Assembly (NCBI GenBank): GCA_048503295.1
Contig: DBFRVO010000024.1
Coordinates: 2,511 to 66,510, forward strand
Source of the DNA: Collinsella aerofaciens
Lineage (GTDB): Bacteria > Actinomycetota > Coriobacteriia > Coriobacteriales > Coriobacteriaceae
Length of the DNA: 64,000 bases
Direction: 5' to 3'
Every line of letters starts with the position of its first letter. The stretch's first letter is position 1. The translations under genes were made by a program, and so were the position numbers. Under the pieces are notes generated by a model that searched no databases, was not told the DNA's origin, and saw only the letters and a program-made list of their open reading frames with translations. This document shows positions 18,237 to 27,370 of the stretch, one piece after another.

Positions 18237-19541
18237 TTAGATGGTGAATTCGGCGAAGTTGCGGTCGCCGCCTGCGGTGCCGGCGTCGCCTGTTGCGGCT
18301 GCCGGCGCCAGCGCGTCGCCGCCGACGCTTTGCAGCAACTCGGCCACATTTGCATCGGGGTTCTGACACAGGATATCGAGCAGCTCGATAAAGTCACGAA
18401 TGACCTCACGGGGCGTCAGGTGCGTATCGGCTCCCACGCGGCCAAACTCAATCTTGAGAAAGTTCACCAAGTCGTTCTCGGTAAGCGTGGGCGTCCAGCC
18501 AAAGTAGCCGGCATGGATCTGCATGAGCTTTTCGATGAGCACCAGCAGCTCCTCGTAGGTGAGCGGCTGCAGGCGGATGATGGGCGCGAGCATGTCTTTG
18601 AGATCATCTCGCGCAAAGCGACCCTGAGCGAGTCGGCTGCGCAGAGCTTCGTAGGAGAACACGCCGCGGCGGCGGTCTTCGATGGAGGTTGGCGTGCCGC
18701 CCATGATCATGCCCAGGTACTGCGCCTTGCCCTGGAGCGTGTCGTTGTACATAGTCAGGATCTTCTCGTAGTTGTATTGGCGCGTGATCGCGTTGGGAAT
18801 CTTGTACAGATTCACGAGTTCGTCGATGAGCACCAGCATGCCCTTGTATCCGCTGCAGACCAAAAAGCGTGCAATGAGCTTAACGTAGTCGTACCAGTCG
18901 TCATCGCTGATGATGGTCGAGGAGCCCAGCTCAGCGCGTGCCTCGCTCTTGGTGCGGTACTCGCCGCGAATCCATTTGGTCACGCGGCTCATAGCCTCTT
19001 CATCGCCCTCGGATACGGCCATGCGATAGCGGCGGAGCATGCGGGTGAAGTCGAAGCCGTGGACCATCTTCTCGAGCGGGGCCAGTTGGGCATTGACGAC
19101 CGACTCGTCGACGTCGGCGCACGAGGCGACCCAGCGATCCAAAATAAGGTTGAGCGCACCGCCCTCGGGGCGCGTCTTGGTCGATATATTGCGGATGAGC
19201 TCGCGGTAGGTGGCAAGGCCCTGTCCCTGACCGCCCTGCAGGCGGCGCTCGGGCGACAGGTCGGCATCAGCGACGACGAATCCCTCGCCCATGGCGTGCG
19301 TGCGGATGGTCTGGAGCAAAAAGCTCTTGCCGGCGCCGTAACGACCGACCAGAAAGCGGAAGCTCGCGCCACCGTCGGCGATGAGACTCAGATCGGTGAG
19401 CAGGGCGCGGATCTCGACCTCGCGCCCTACGGTGATGTAAGGAAGGCCGATGCGCGGGACCACGCCGCCCTTGAGCGAGTTGAGAATGACGGCAGCGACG
19501 CGCTTGGGCACGCGGGGTGCTGTGGATGCGGTATCACTCAT
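18237..19541 (-). CDS. DUF2791/BrxD-like P-loop ATPase (Shango SngB-like)
   Basis: SLKGGVVPRIGL..VGR, GRYGAGKS and LIDE motifs. Confidence 0.88.
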   Translation of the reverse strand: MSDTASTAPRVPKRVAAVILNSLKGGVVPRIGLPYITVGREVEIRALLTDLSLIADGGASFRFLVGRYGAGKSFLLQTIRTHAMGEGFVVADADLSPERRLQGGQGQGLATYRELIRNISTKTRPEGGALNLILDRWVASCADVDESVVNAQLAPLEKMVHGFDFTRMLRRYRMAVSEGDEEAMSRVTKWIRGEYRTKSEARAELGSSTIISDDDWYDYVKLIARFLVCSGYKGMLVLIDELVNLYKIPNAITRQYNYEKILTMYNDTLQGKAQYLGMIMGGTPTSIEDRRRGVFSYEALRSRLAQGRFARDDLKDMLAPIIRLQPLTYEELLVLIEKLMQIHAGYFGWTPTLTENDLVNFLKIEFGRVGADTHLTPREVIRDFIELLDILCQNPDANVAELLQSVGGDALAPAAATGDAGTAGGDRNFAEFTI

Positions 19542-21294
19542 GGTCTAGGTATCCTCTCACGTCTGCTTCGTAATCCTCGATGATCTGCGGTCCTGCCGCT
19601 CCAAACTCGATAACGGTGTCACCCACCAGGTCAAAGAGCGCCTCGTTGATGCTGTCGACGAGCATGTCCTCGCTCTGCTCCGATTGCACTACCGCCAATG
19701 TCGCTTGCGCTGCGTTTTGCTCGAGCAGCGCGCGAAGGAAGGCATCTGCGGCGGGCGCGAGTTCGGTTGCGGTGCCAGCGGGTGCAGTCGATACGACCGC
19801 TGGCGTCGGTGCGAGGAGCGGTGCCACGACGCCAAACTGTTCGGTGGATATGGTCGGCTCGTCGGTCAAGTCCTGCCGAATGGGTGCCACGACCGGTTCG
19901 ACAATCGCGTCGGTTACGGGCTCGGCTTCCGGTTGCCCTGAGTCCGCTGCCTCGGCTTCTGCGGATGCGTCGTCCTCGCGTTCCTCATCGATCAAAAGCG
20001 CTTCGCGCGTTTGCGCGGCGGCGCTCCGAATGTGCCCCAGCTGGCTCAAATCGATATCGATCTTGATGGGCTGGTGTGCGGCGTCCCACGAAAGCCATGC
20101 CATGATCTCGTCATCGATGATCTTGGCCAGATATTTGGGGACCTTCTCCTCCTTCAGGGGGTGGGTGGGGTCTAGGGCCAGGCGTAGGCGTTGGTCGCAG
20201 GCGCGCATCATCTCACCAAGCTTGCTGCTTTTTTGCCTGCTGCCGTGAATTCGCATGCATTCCCAAAAGCCGTTTTGGCAGCGGTAGATGTGAATGGGGT
20301 CCAGGCGATATTCGCAGTCCTCGTGGCGCTCGGGCGCAAAGAATACGGCCGAGGCAAACATGGTGTAGGGCATGGCCGTCTCCTCCCCAAATAAGCTCGC
20401 CACGATGTCGGTCTTTCGGTGCGTGTCATAGTAGCGCGCCATACGGACATACACGGCGCACGCCACGTGGCGCAGATCGCGGTGGTGGCTGCGGTCGAGC
20501 CGCGAGTTACTTAGGTTGTACGTGGAGAGGGCGTTGATGGCGGCCATGAGTCGCTCCTCGCGCACCTCATCGGGCGGAAGGGGGAGCGTGGGCTCGGAGG
20601 TTTTGCGACGCTTAGGGGTCTGGCCGGACGGTGCCGGTGCTGGTACAAGGTCTCGCGCTGCGCGGCGTAGCTCGATAAGGGCGTTATCGAACATGACGGT
20701 TTTAGAGTCGCGAAGTAGCTTGGGGTCGAGTCCGTGGAAAACGGCGTAATCCTGCAGCCACACGCGCGCAAACCGGTCAATGCCGGGCTCGAAGGCGCGA
20801 TAGACATCCCAAAAGGCCTTGATCTTGTTAAAACCTTCGAGCGGATCATCTATGCCAATGCCGCAAATCAGCTCATAGAGATACAGAAAGGCAAAGGATG
20901 TAGACGTTTCCTCGACGGTTCCGCGGCGCACTTGGGCACGCCAGGTAAAGTAGCCGCGCAACTGCCGGTCGCTCATGGCATTGTAGGTGGGAAAGTACGA
21001 CTTAAAGGTGCCGTTGTAGGGACAGTCGTCCTCAAAGTCGGCCATCAGCAAGCCTTGGCGGTAGAAAAGCTCGGCCTCCGATAGCCAGCGGCCCGCGCCG
21101 CCCTTGGGGTCATCCTGCCAGCGCGATATCTCGCGCATCTTGCGGTATTGGTCGGGGAGGAAATTCTGCATCTGTCGGCCGGTTTTGAGAATCGGCTCGT
21201 CTGCGTAGATTTCGTTTGAGAAGCGGGCGGACTGATGGGTCCGGGCCTCGGCCATAATGCGCTCGATGAGCATCTTGATGTCCTGGTCGGCCAC
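19534..21294 (-). CDS. TerB-N / TerB-C domain protein (Shango SngA-like)
   Basis: YFPTY..M...QLRGYFTWR, FLYLYEL and C-terminal VDSINEALFD..GD..IE motifs. 8-bp overlap with the ATPase gene. Confidence 0.85.
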   Translation of the reverse strand: MADQDIKMLIERIMAEARTHQSARFSNEIYADEPILKTGRQMQNFLPDQYRKMREISRWQDDPKGGAGRWLSEAELFYRQGLLMADFEDDCPYNGTFKSYFPTYNAMSDRQLRGYFTWRAQVRRGTVEETSTSFAFLYLYELICGIGIDDPLEGFNKIKAFWDVYRAFEPGIDRFARVWLQDYAVFHGLDPKLLRDSKTVMFDNALIELRRAARDLVPAPAPSGQTPKRRKTSEPTLPLPPDEVREERLMAAINALSTYNLSNSRLDRSHHRDLRHVACAVYVRMARYYDTHRKTDIVASLFGEETAMPYTMFASAVFFAPERHEDCEYRLDPIHIYRCQNGFWECMRIHGSRQKSSKLGEMMRACDQRLRLALDPTHPLKEEKVPKYLAKIIDDEIMAWLSWDAAHQPIKIDIDLSQLGHIRSAAAQTREALLIDEEREDDASAEAEAADSGQPEAEPVTDAIVEPVVAPIRQDLTDEPTISTEQFGVVAPLLAPTPAVVSTAPAGTATELAPAADAFLRALLEQNAAQATLAVVQSEQSEDMLVDSINEALFDLVGDTVIEFGAAGPQIIEDYEADVRGYLDHE

Positions 21295-21331
21295 CGCTTC
21301 TCCTCTCCTAACGCAGCTTCGGTGACCTCAT

Positions 21332-21361
21332 ATCATAGCACAGCATCAAACAGGTGTTCGA
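21332..21361 (-). promoter_or_regulatory. Extended -10 promoter (TG-C-TATGAT) with a LexA-like box over the -35 region
   Basis: Minus strand TCGAAC-ACCT-GTTTGA (21361-21346); TATGAT at 21337-21332. Confidence 0.7.
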
Positions 21362-21382
21362 GATACTGCTGCGTAGATAGAT

Positions 21383-22099
21383 TTAGAACAGGAGGGCGTA
21401 GATGACGGCGATGACGACGGAGGGGAGCATATTGGCCGTGCGGAAGGTCTGAGGACGGATGAGGTTGACGCCGACGCAGAAGATGAGCATGGAGCCTACG
21501 AGCGAAAGGCTGTCGAGGGCTGCCGTAGTCATGATGGGGGAGAGTGCGCCGGCAAACAGCGTGATCGTCCCCTGGAACACGGCGACGGGCAGGGCGGAGA
21601 AAATGCAGCCGCGGCCAAGCGACGCCGTCATGGTGCAGACGATGATGCAGTCCAATGCGCCTTTCAGGGCAAGCGTTGACCAGTCACCGAGCAGACCGTC
21701 CTGGATCGATCCCACAATGGCCATGGCGCCGATACACACGGTGAGTGAAGTCGAGACAAAAGCGTTGGTGAACTCGTTATCGCCCTCGCTGCCGGTTTTG
21801 CGCTTGAGCCATTCGCCAAGGTTCTCGATGGCGGCCTCCAAGTTGATGGCCTCGCCGATGAGCGAGCCGAGGGCGAACGAGACGATGAGCATGGTGGTGC
21901 CGGTGGTCGCTAGCGCCTTCCCATCGATAAGGAGCATCTTTTGCATGGTGCCGCCAAGGCCGATAAACAGGACGCACAGCCCCGATGCTTTCATGAGCGT
22001 GTCTTGGATGCGCGGTGTAATGAAGCGGCCGCCCGCTAATCCCAAAAGACCGCCCGCAACTAAAAGCCCAACGTTGATGATTGTTCCCAAGCCCGGCAT
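21383..22099 (-). CDS. DUF554 family membrane protein
   Basis: MPGLGTIIN, CIGAMAIVGSIQDGL.GD and ANMLPS motifs; multiple TMs. Confidence 0.88.
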   Translation of the reverse strand: MPGLGTIINVGLLVAGGLLGLAGGRFITPRIQDTLMKASGLCVLFIGLGGTMQKMLLIDGKALATTGTTMLIVSFALGSLIGEAINLEAAIENLGEWLKRKTGSEGDNEFTNAFVSTSLTVCIGAMAIVGSIQDGLLGDWSTLALKGALDCIIVCTMTASLGRGCIFSALPVAVFQGTITLFAGALSPIMTTAALDSLSLVGSMLIFCVGVNLIRPQTFRTANMLPSVVIAVIYALLF

Positions 22100-22217
22100 G
22101 AGCCCTCCTGTATTGATGCCAACGTGGCAATCGTAGCAGAACGAAATGCGAGGTACATCGCGACTCATCTAATACGTTATATAAGTGGTATTAGGAATGA
22201 TGCGCGGCATTTAAGCC

Positions 22218-23648
22218 TCAGGTGGTTGTCGGGACATAGGGATAGTATTCAAAGCGCAGTGTCATAAGCCGCTGTGGGGATTCAATAGCCGCGGCGATGA
22301 TATTGGCATCGCGGGCACGATCAAACCCTTCGAGTTCGATCTGATACGAGACGTCTTGCATAATGTCCAGACGTCGCCAGGCCAGGAGTGTGTCGCCATC
22401 GAATTCCAAGGTCTTGCCTCCGTCTGGAGCAACGGCGTATAGACGCAGCTTGGCGGTGGTTGCAGGGTCGACAACTGTGACCTTTTTAATTTCGTTTCGA
22501 GTATTCTTGGCGCCCAACAAGGTGAGCAGTGTTGGGGCCACGACCTCGCCCGATGGCAAAAAGACGACTTCGATGGATTCAGGAAATGCGATGATAGCCG
22601 ACTTGCGGACGGGCTGATTGGCGGCGGCAACTTCGATGTTCGCAGCGTCGATGACCTCTGTGTGGTCGAGCGCGGCAAGCACGCAGCAGTTACCTTCATC
22701 GATCTCTTGAGGATCAGCAAGCCCCAGACTGTCCGCGAGCTCGGGATCGTTTGGATCGGCAGCGGGCTCATTCGGCGCTTCGAGAGAAGCTGGGACGCTG
22801 TTTGTCGGCGACGGCGTGTCGCCCGCACCTGCTTCTTTGTCCGCGCTCTCTTCTTGTATGGTTGCGTTGATGGGTTCGTCGTTTGGGGGGAGCGTCTTGG
22901 CGTCAAACGCGGAGGGGAGAATTCCGATGGCTCCGGATCCGTTCCACTCCATTTCGAGAAGCGCCGGGTCGGCAAGAATGCGTTGCCTGCTTTGCGCGTG
23001 GGCATCGATTTCAATAGGGCCTGCCTCTATCCCTCGTGTAAGGCTGAGTGATCCGGCTGGCTTCTCGAAATGAGCGTCTGTGTCTTTGGTGCTGACGGCG
23101 TAGAACAGCAGGGACGCTTCTCCCGCCGCGATAACATCGGTACCGGCTTTGGTCAGCCGAAACGATGCCGTGAATGAGAGGGTGGGCTGCGCATCGTCTG
23201 CATTCGCGGCGGCGCAGCCCAGACATATACCGCCTCCTTTCTCGAAAAACGCACCGTCGAAGGCGACCTTCGCTCCGTTCGCCGAGTCATCGACCGAAGC
23301 GATGTCGATGCGCAGCTCTAAATTGCATGGATCGCCATCTGCATCGAGCACAACCGAGCGCCACGTGCAGACGGCGCACCCCGCCTGGGAGCCGTTTGCC
23401 TTGTTCGAACGCTTGATATCCACGACTATCGAGCCGTCCGTATTACGACGAAGGCATCCCGAGGTTGAGATCACGGCCTGTGCGATCGAAAAACGCTCGC
23501 ACGCAATGGCGCTCGACGGATTTGGTGCGGAACTTAGGGCTACTGGTAAGGAGTCTGCCATGACGGGAGTCGCCCAAGCGGCGACAGGCGTTCCGGTTGC
23601 GAGCGCGCCGCAGAGTGCGACGACGGGCAAAAGGTTCTTCGATGCCAT
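22218..23648 (-). CDS. Secreted multidomain surface protein (large subunit of WxL/Csc-like cluster)
   Basis: Signal peptide, acidic Pro-rich linker, and a C-terminal domain resembling the 199-aa neighbour. AAGGAG SD. Confidence 0.65.
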   Translation of the reverse strand: MASKNLLPVVALCGALATGTPVAAWATPVMADSLPVALSSAPNPSSAIACERFSIAQAVISTSGCLRRNTDGSIVVDIKRSNKANGSQAGCAVCTWRSVVLDADGDPCNLELRIDIASVDDSANGAKVAFDGAFFEKGGGICLGCAAANADDAQPTLSFTASFRLTKAGTDVIAAGEASLLFYAVSTKDTDAHFEKPAGSLSLTRGIEAGPIEIDAHAQSRQRILADPALLEMEWNGSGAIGILPSAFDAKTLPPNDEPINATIQEESADKEAGAGDTPSPTNSVPASLEAPNEPAADPNDPELADSLGLADPQEIDEGNCCVLAALDHTEVIDAANIEVAAANQPVRKSAIIAFPESIEVVFLPSGEVVAPTLLTLLGAKNTRNEIKKVTVVDPATTAKLRLYAVAPDGGKTLEFDGDTLLAWRRLDIMQDVSYQIELEGFDRARDANIIAAAIESPQRLMTLRFEYYPYVPTTT

Positions 23649-23666
23649 GGGGTCTCCTTAGCTAAT

Positions 23667-23948
23667 TTAGTGCGGCCTGTCCGTGTTTTGTTTCTGGCTG
23701 CGTTTGATGTGCAGACCGAGGCCGGCGGTTCCCGCGCCTGCTGCTGTGGCGCCTGCTGCCAAGAGCCATCGTCTGTCGCCTGTCTGCGCCAACGGTTCCT
23801 CGCGGTCGCCGCGGTCGAGCTCCGAGAGGTCGACCGTCACTTGCGTGGCGGCCTGCGCCTGTTCTTGCTGGGCAAAGGCCATGGCTGGCCCAAACGCTAG
23901 GATGCTGACGGCGGCGGCCAGGGCGACGGCCTTATGCCGTGTGCGCAC
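23667..23948 (-). CDS. Very small sortase-anchored protein (LAQTG)
   Basis: Signal peptide ..AMAFA, ~25-aa mature part, LAQTGD then hydrophobic stretch and basic tail. Start uncertain. Confidence 0.7.
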   Translation of the reverse strand: MRTRHKAVALAAAVSILAFGPAMAFAQQEQAQAATQVTVDLSELDRGDREEPLAQTGDRRWLLAAGATAAGAGTAGLGLHIKRSQKQNTDRPH

Positions 23949-24531
23949 CGGGCTCGACCGTCCAGGTGATCGTCGCAACCTGATCGCCTTCGCCGGTTAC
24001 GCGGAAGATGTCGCGCGTGACGCGGGCGACGTTTCCGCTTGTCTTGAGCTTGATTTTGTCCGTGCCGCCGGCAATGCCCTGGTAGCCCATGTCGAAGGCT
24101 GCATTCTTGGAAAGATCGAGGCCCGTCCCTTGCGCGGCGGCGCTGGCGTTCTGGAGCGCGCCGTCGGGGCCGACCTTAAAGTCGATGGAGTTCTGCGCGG
24201 TTCCGGCCTTGGCGTCGGCGGCAATGGTCCAGGTGTTCATGGCGTCGATCTTCATGTTGGTGACATGGATGCCGTAGGCCGAATGATTGTCGATGGTGGT
24301 CGCGTCTTCTGAGGGGCCCTGAAGCGTGCCGTCGGCCTTGGCGACGAAGGGAATAACCGTCGGAACTTTGAACTCAACGTTGTCGATCTCGGTCCTGACC
24401 ATTACCTTCGTGGTTCCAACGCGCCCGGCTGCCATAGCTGGCGTCGGGGCGGCGCCCATTGCGAGCGCGAGCGCGAGCCCTGTGCCCACGACGAGCGCTC
24501 TGACTCCGTTCATGTTCCTGGTGATGTCCAT
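23932..24531 (-). CDS. Secreted beta-rich protein, WxL-like
   Basis: Signal peptide ..AMA, internal TWTI and terminal ATITWTV. AAAGGA SD. Confidence 0.7.
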   Translation of the reverse strand: MDITRNMNGVRALVVGTGLALALAMGAAPTPAMAAGRVGTTKVMVRTEIDNVEFKVPTVIPFVAKADGTLQGPSEDATTIDNHSAYGIHVTNMKIDAMNTWTIAADAKAGTAQNSIDFKVGPDGALQNASAAAQGTGLDLSKNAAFDMGYQGIAGGTDKIKLKTSGNVARVTRDIFRVTGEGDQVATITWTVEPGAHTA

Positions 24532-24620
24532 GGTCGTTCCTTTCTATTCGCCGCGGGCCGTCCCCGCGATGATTGGACGAATGCTGGTGAATTGCATGCG
24601 GTGCCGTGTCGGCCGGAAGG

Positions 24621-25130
24621 CTAGTTCTCGGTTTGCTCAACCCGTACCTTGACACGTGTCGGATTGCCGTGGCTGTCGAGGGTCTTTGCATCGAGTGCCT
24701 GGATCTCGATGTACGCCTCGCCTTCTTTGATGTCGCCGGCGGGGCACGTCTCGATTGTCTTGCCGGTCTCGACCACACCGGATTCGTACATGGTCTCGTC
24801 GTTTTGGATGACGCGGAATCGCTGGGGAAATTTATTGTCTTGGACGTTTTGCACGTTGACGCGCAGTTTGCCGTCCTCCTGCAGCTGAGCGACCGGCGCG
24901 ACCGAAATCGTCATCATGTTGTCGCGGACGATGGCGTCGAGCTCATCTTGGATTTCCTGGCGCGTTTTGCCCTCGGCCGTCGTAACCGAAGCGCCCGCCT
25001 CGGGTACGGGCTGCGACTGCCAAACGTATAGTCCTACGGCGACAAGGGCACAGACGATGGCCAAGCAGGCAACGATGAGCTTCTTGCGACGACCCAGGCC
25101 TGCAAAGTGGGGTGGCTTCTTCGCGCTCAT
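24621..25130 (-). CDS. Membrane-anchored extracellular beta-domain protein
   Basis: Basic N-terminus, one TM, then EIQDELD..NMMTISV..NVQDNKF..YESG. ATGA-coupled to the upstream gene. Confidence 0.7.
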   Translation of the reverse strand: MSAKKPPHFAGLGRRKKLIVACLAIVCALVAVGLYVWQSQPVPEAGASVTTAEGKTRQEIQDELDAIVRDNMMTISVAPVAQLQEDGKLRVNVQNVQDNKFPQRFRVIQNDETMYESGVVETGKTIETCPAGDIKEGEAYIEIQALDAKTLDSHGNPTRVKVRVEQTEN

Positions 25131-25423
25131 GCGGCATCCTTGGCGGTATAGACGCGCGCAAAGGTGGACGGGTCCGCTCCAAAGAGCATGTGAAGCATCA
25201 GACGGCGCGAGTAGACGAGCTCGTTGAAGTCGGGAGGGAGCTCGATGTCGTGGATATGCGCGATGTGGTGGGCGAGCGCCGAGAACGACTCGGGGTCGCA
25301 GATCACATCGGTGGTAACGTGGTAGACCGTCGTATCGGGGAATGCCTCTTCGTCGAAAGGCAGGAGATGGGGATCGTCGTCGACTTCGATGGCGATGCCG
25401 TACTGGGGCCAGTAATATGCCAT
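25127..25423 (-). CDS. Small cytoplasmic hypothetical protein (DUF559/Vsr-like fragment)
   Basis: YWPQYGIAIEVD resembles the PD-(D/E)xK DUF559 strand. Strong GGGAGG SD. Confidence 0.6.
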   Translation of the reverse strand: MAYYWPQYGIAIEVDDDPHLLPFDEEAFPDTTVYHVTTDVICDPESFSALAHHIAHIHDIELPPDFNELVYSRRLMLHMLFGADPSTFARVYTAKDAA

Positions 25424-25768
25424 GGGAACCTCCCTGCTTCTGGGCCAAAACTTCTATCGGTTTTGGCTGTCGACGCCGACGTTATCAGCCGCTACTTGAC
25501 CAATTTCTGACCAAATGCTTGACGGATTGGCGTCTCCGCAGGTAAAAGGCGGCAAAAAATACTCCAACTTTTTTCGAGCGACAATCGCGCGGTCGGCGAC
25601 GGCGGGGCCATATGTGTCAAAAGCATCGTCTGCCGAGGAAATCAAGCCGCTCGCCGAATTGCACGAACGTAAAAAACGCCAATTATGGAGACGGTCTCGA
25701 ACACGTCGACGAAACGATGCGGTAACATCTCCCTGCAAACACTGTAGTTAGCTAAAGGGGGAGTTCGC

Positions 25769-27370
25769 GTGTCTGCAACCATCAAACCCTTCACCGACGA
25801 GTTCGAAGAGTATGGCCGCGATGAATCTCGCGCATCGGGCGAGGCCTCGAGCATCTCGTTTCCGACAACGGAAAACGAGGTCCGTGCCATTTTGGAAAAG
25901 CTCCATGCCGAGCGTGTCCCGGTAACGGTTCAGGGCGCCCGAACCGGCCTTGCCGCCGGCGCCGTGCCCCACGGCGGGCATATCCTCAATACTTCCCGTA
26001 TGAATCGCTATTTGGGCCTTCGCCGCGATGAACAAGGCCAATTTCTGCTGCGCGTGGAGCCGGGCGTTGTGCTCTCGGAGCTGCGCAAGCAGCTGAGCAA
26101 GAAGGTGCTGCCGACCGCTGGTTGGGACCAGGCATCGCTTGAGGCCTACGAGGAGTTCCAAGAGGCTCCCGAGCAGTTTTTTCCCACCGATCCCACCGAG
26201 GCGTCTGCCTGTCTGGGCGGCATGGCGGCATGTAACGCCTCCGGTGCCCGCAGCTACGCCCACGGCCCCATGCGCCCACATATCACGGGACTCCACGTCG
26301 TGCTGGCTGATGGCGATTTGCTTGAGCTTCGGCGCGGCGAGGCTTTTGCCCAGGGCCGCCACCTGTCGCTCGTGACGGCAGCGGGCCGTACACTCGAGCT
26401 CGATCTTCCCGGCTATACCATGCCCAAGACAAAAAATGCTTCGGGCTATTTCGTTGCTGACGATATGGATGCCATCGATCTGTTTATCGGTGCGTGTGGC
26501 ACAATCGGTGTCATCACCGAACTCGAGATTGCCCTGCAGGTGGCACCCGCGGTCGTTTGGGGCGTGAGCTGCTTCTTCGACAGCGAAGACAAGGCCGTAT
26601 CCTTCACCGATTCTGTGCGTCCCGTCCTGTCCCATGCGGCTGCCATCGAGTACTTCGATGCTGGCGCCCTGGATATTCTACGTCGCCAGCGCGAGCAGTC
26701 GACGGCGTTTGCCTCGCTGCCTGCGCTCGACAAAGACGCCAAGGTCTGTGTCTACGTGGAGCTCGACTGCGACGACGAAGCCCAGGCGACTGAGGAGCTG
26801 TATCACTTGGGGTGGGTACTGGAGCTTGCGGGCGGCAGTGACGATGCGACATGGGTCGCGCGCACCGAGGTCGATCGCGAGTGTCAGCGATTCTTCCGCC
26901 ATGCGGTGCCCGAGAGCGTCAACATGCTCATCGACGAGCGCCGCCGCATGGATCCCACCATCACCAAACTGGGTTCGGACATGTCGGTGCCCAACGCGCA
27001 CTTGGCCGATGTTATCGCCCTCTATCGCCGCACGCTGGCGGAAAGTGGGCTTGAATCTGCCGCCTGGGGGCATATCGGTAACAACCATCTGCATGTGAAC
27101 ATTCTGCCGCGCGATGCACAGGATTATCGCCGCGGCGCAGAACTCTTTGCCCAGTGGGCTTCCGAGGTCACGGCCATGGGCGGTGCCGTCTCCGCAGAAC
27201 ACGGCGTCGGCAAGATCAAGGCGGGCTTCTTGGAGACGATGTACGGTCACGAGGCCATGGTCGAGTCGGCGCGGCTCAAGCTCCAGCTCGATCCTGCCGG
27301 GCAGCTGGGTCGCGGTAACCTGTTTTCGGAGAAGCTCTTGGATGAGCTCGTCCAGAAAGGGGGCGCGTGA
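25769..27370 (+). CDS. FAD-binding oxidoreductase (GlcD/LctD-like 2-hydroxyacid dehydrogenase)
   Basis: QGARTGLAAG, PTDP..A.LGGM..NASG, GHIGNNHLH and SAEHGVG motifs. Confidence 0.88.
   Translation: MSATIKPFTDEFEEYGRDESRASGEASSISFPTTENEVRAILEKLHAERVPVTVQGARTGLAAGAVPHGGHILNTSRMNRYLGLRRDEQGQFLLRVEPGVVLSELRKQLSKKVLPTAGWDQASLEAYEEFQEAPEQFFPTDPTEASACLGGMAACNASGARSYAHGPMRPHITGLHVVLADGDLLELRRGEAFAQGRHLSLVTAAGRTLELDLPGYTMPKTKNASGYFVADDMDAIDLFIGACGTIGVITELEIALQVAPAVVWGVSCFFDSEDKAVSFTDSVRPVLSHAAAIEYFDAGALDILRRQREQSTAFASLPALDKDAKVCVYVELDCDDEAQATEELYHLGWVLELAGGSDDATWVARTEVDRECQRFFRHAVPESVNMLIDERRRMDPTITKLGSDMSVPNAHLADVIALYRRTLAESGLESAAWGHIGNNHLHVNILPRDAQDYRRGAELFAQWASEVTAMGGAVSAEHGVGKIKAGFLETMYGHEAMVESARLKLQLDPAGQLGRGNLFSEKLLDELVQKGGA

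Noticed and set aside
18237..19541. BREX system, from the BrxD-like ATPase
   Set aside because: No pglZ, pglX or brxC in the window; the TerB and Lhr context fits Shango.
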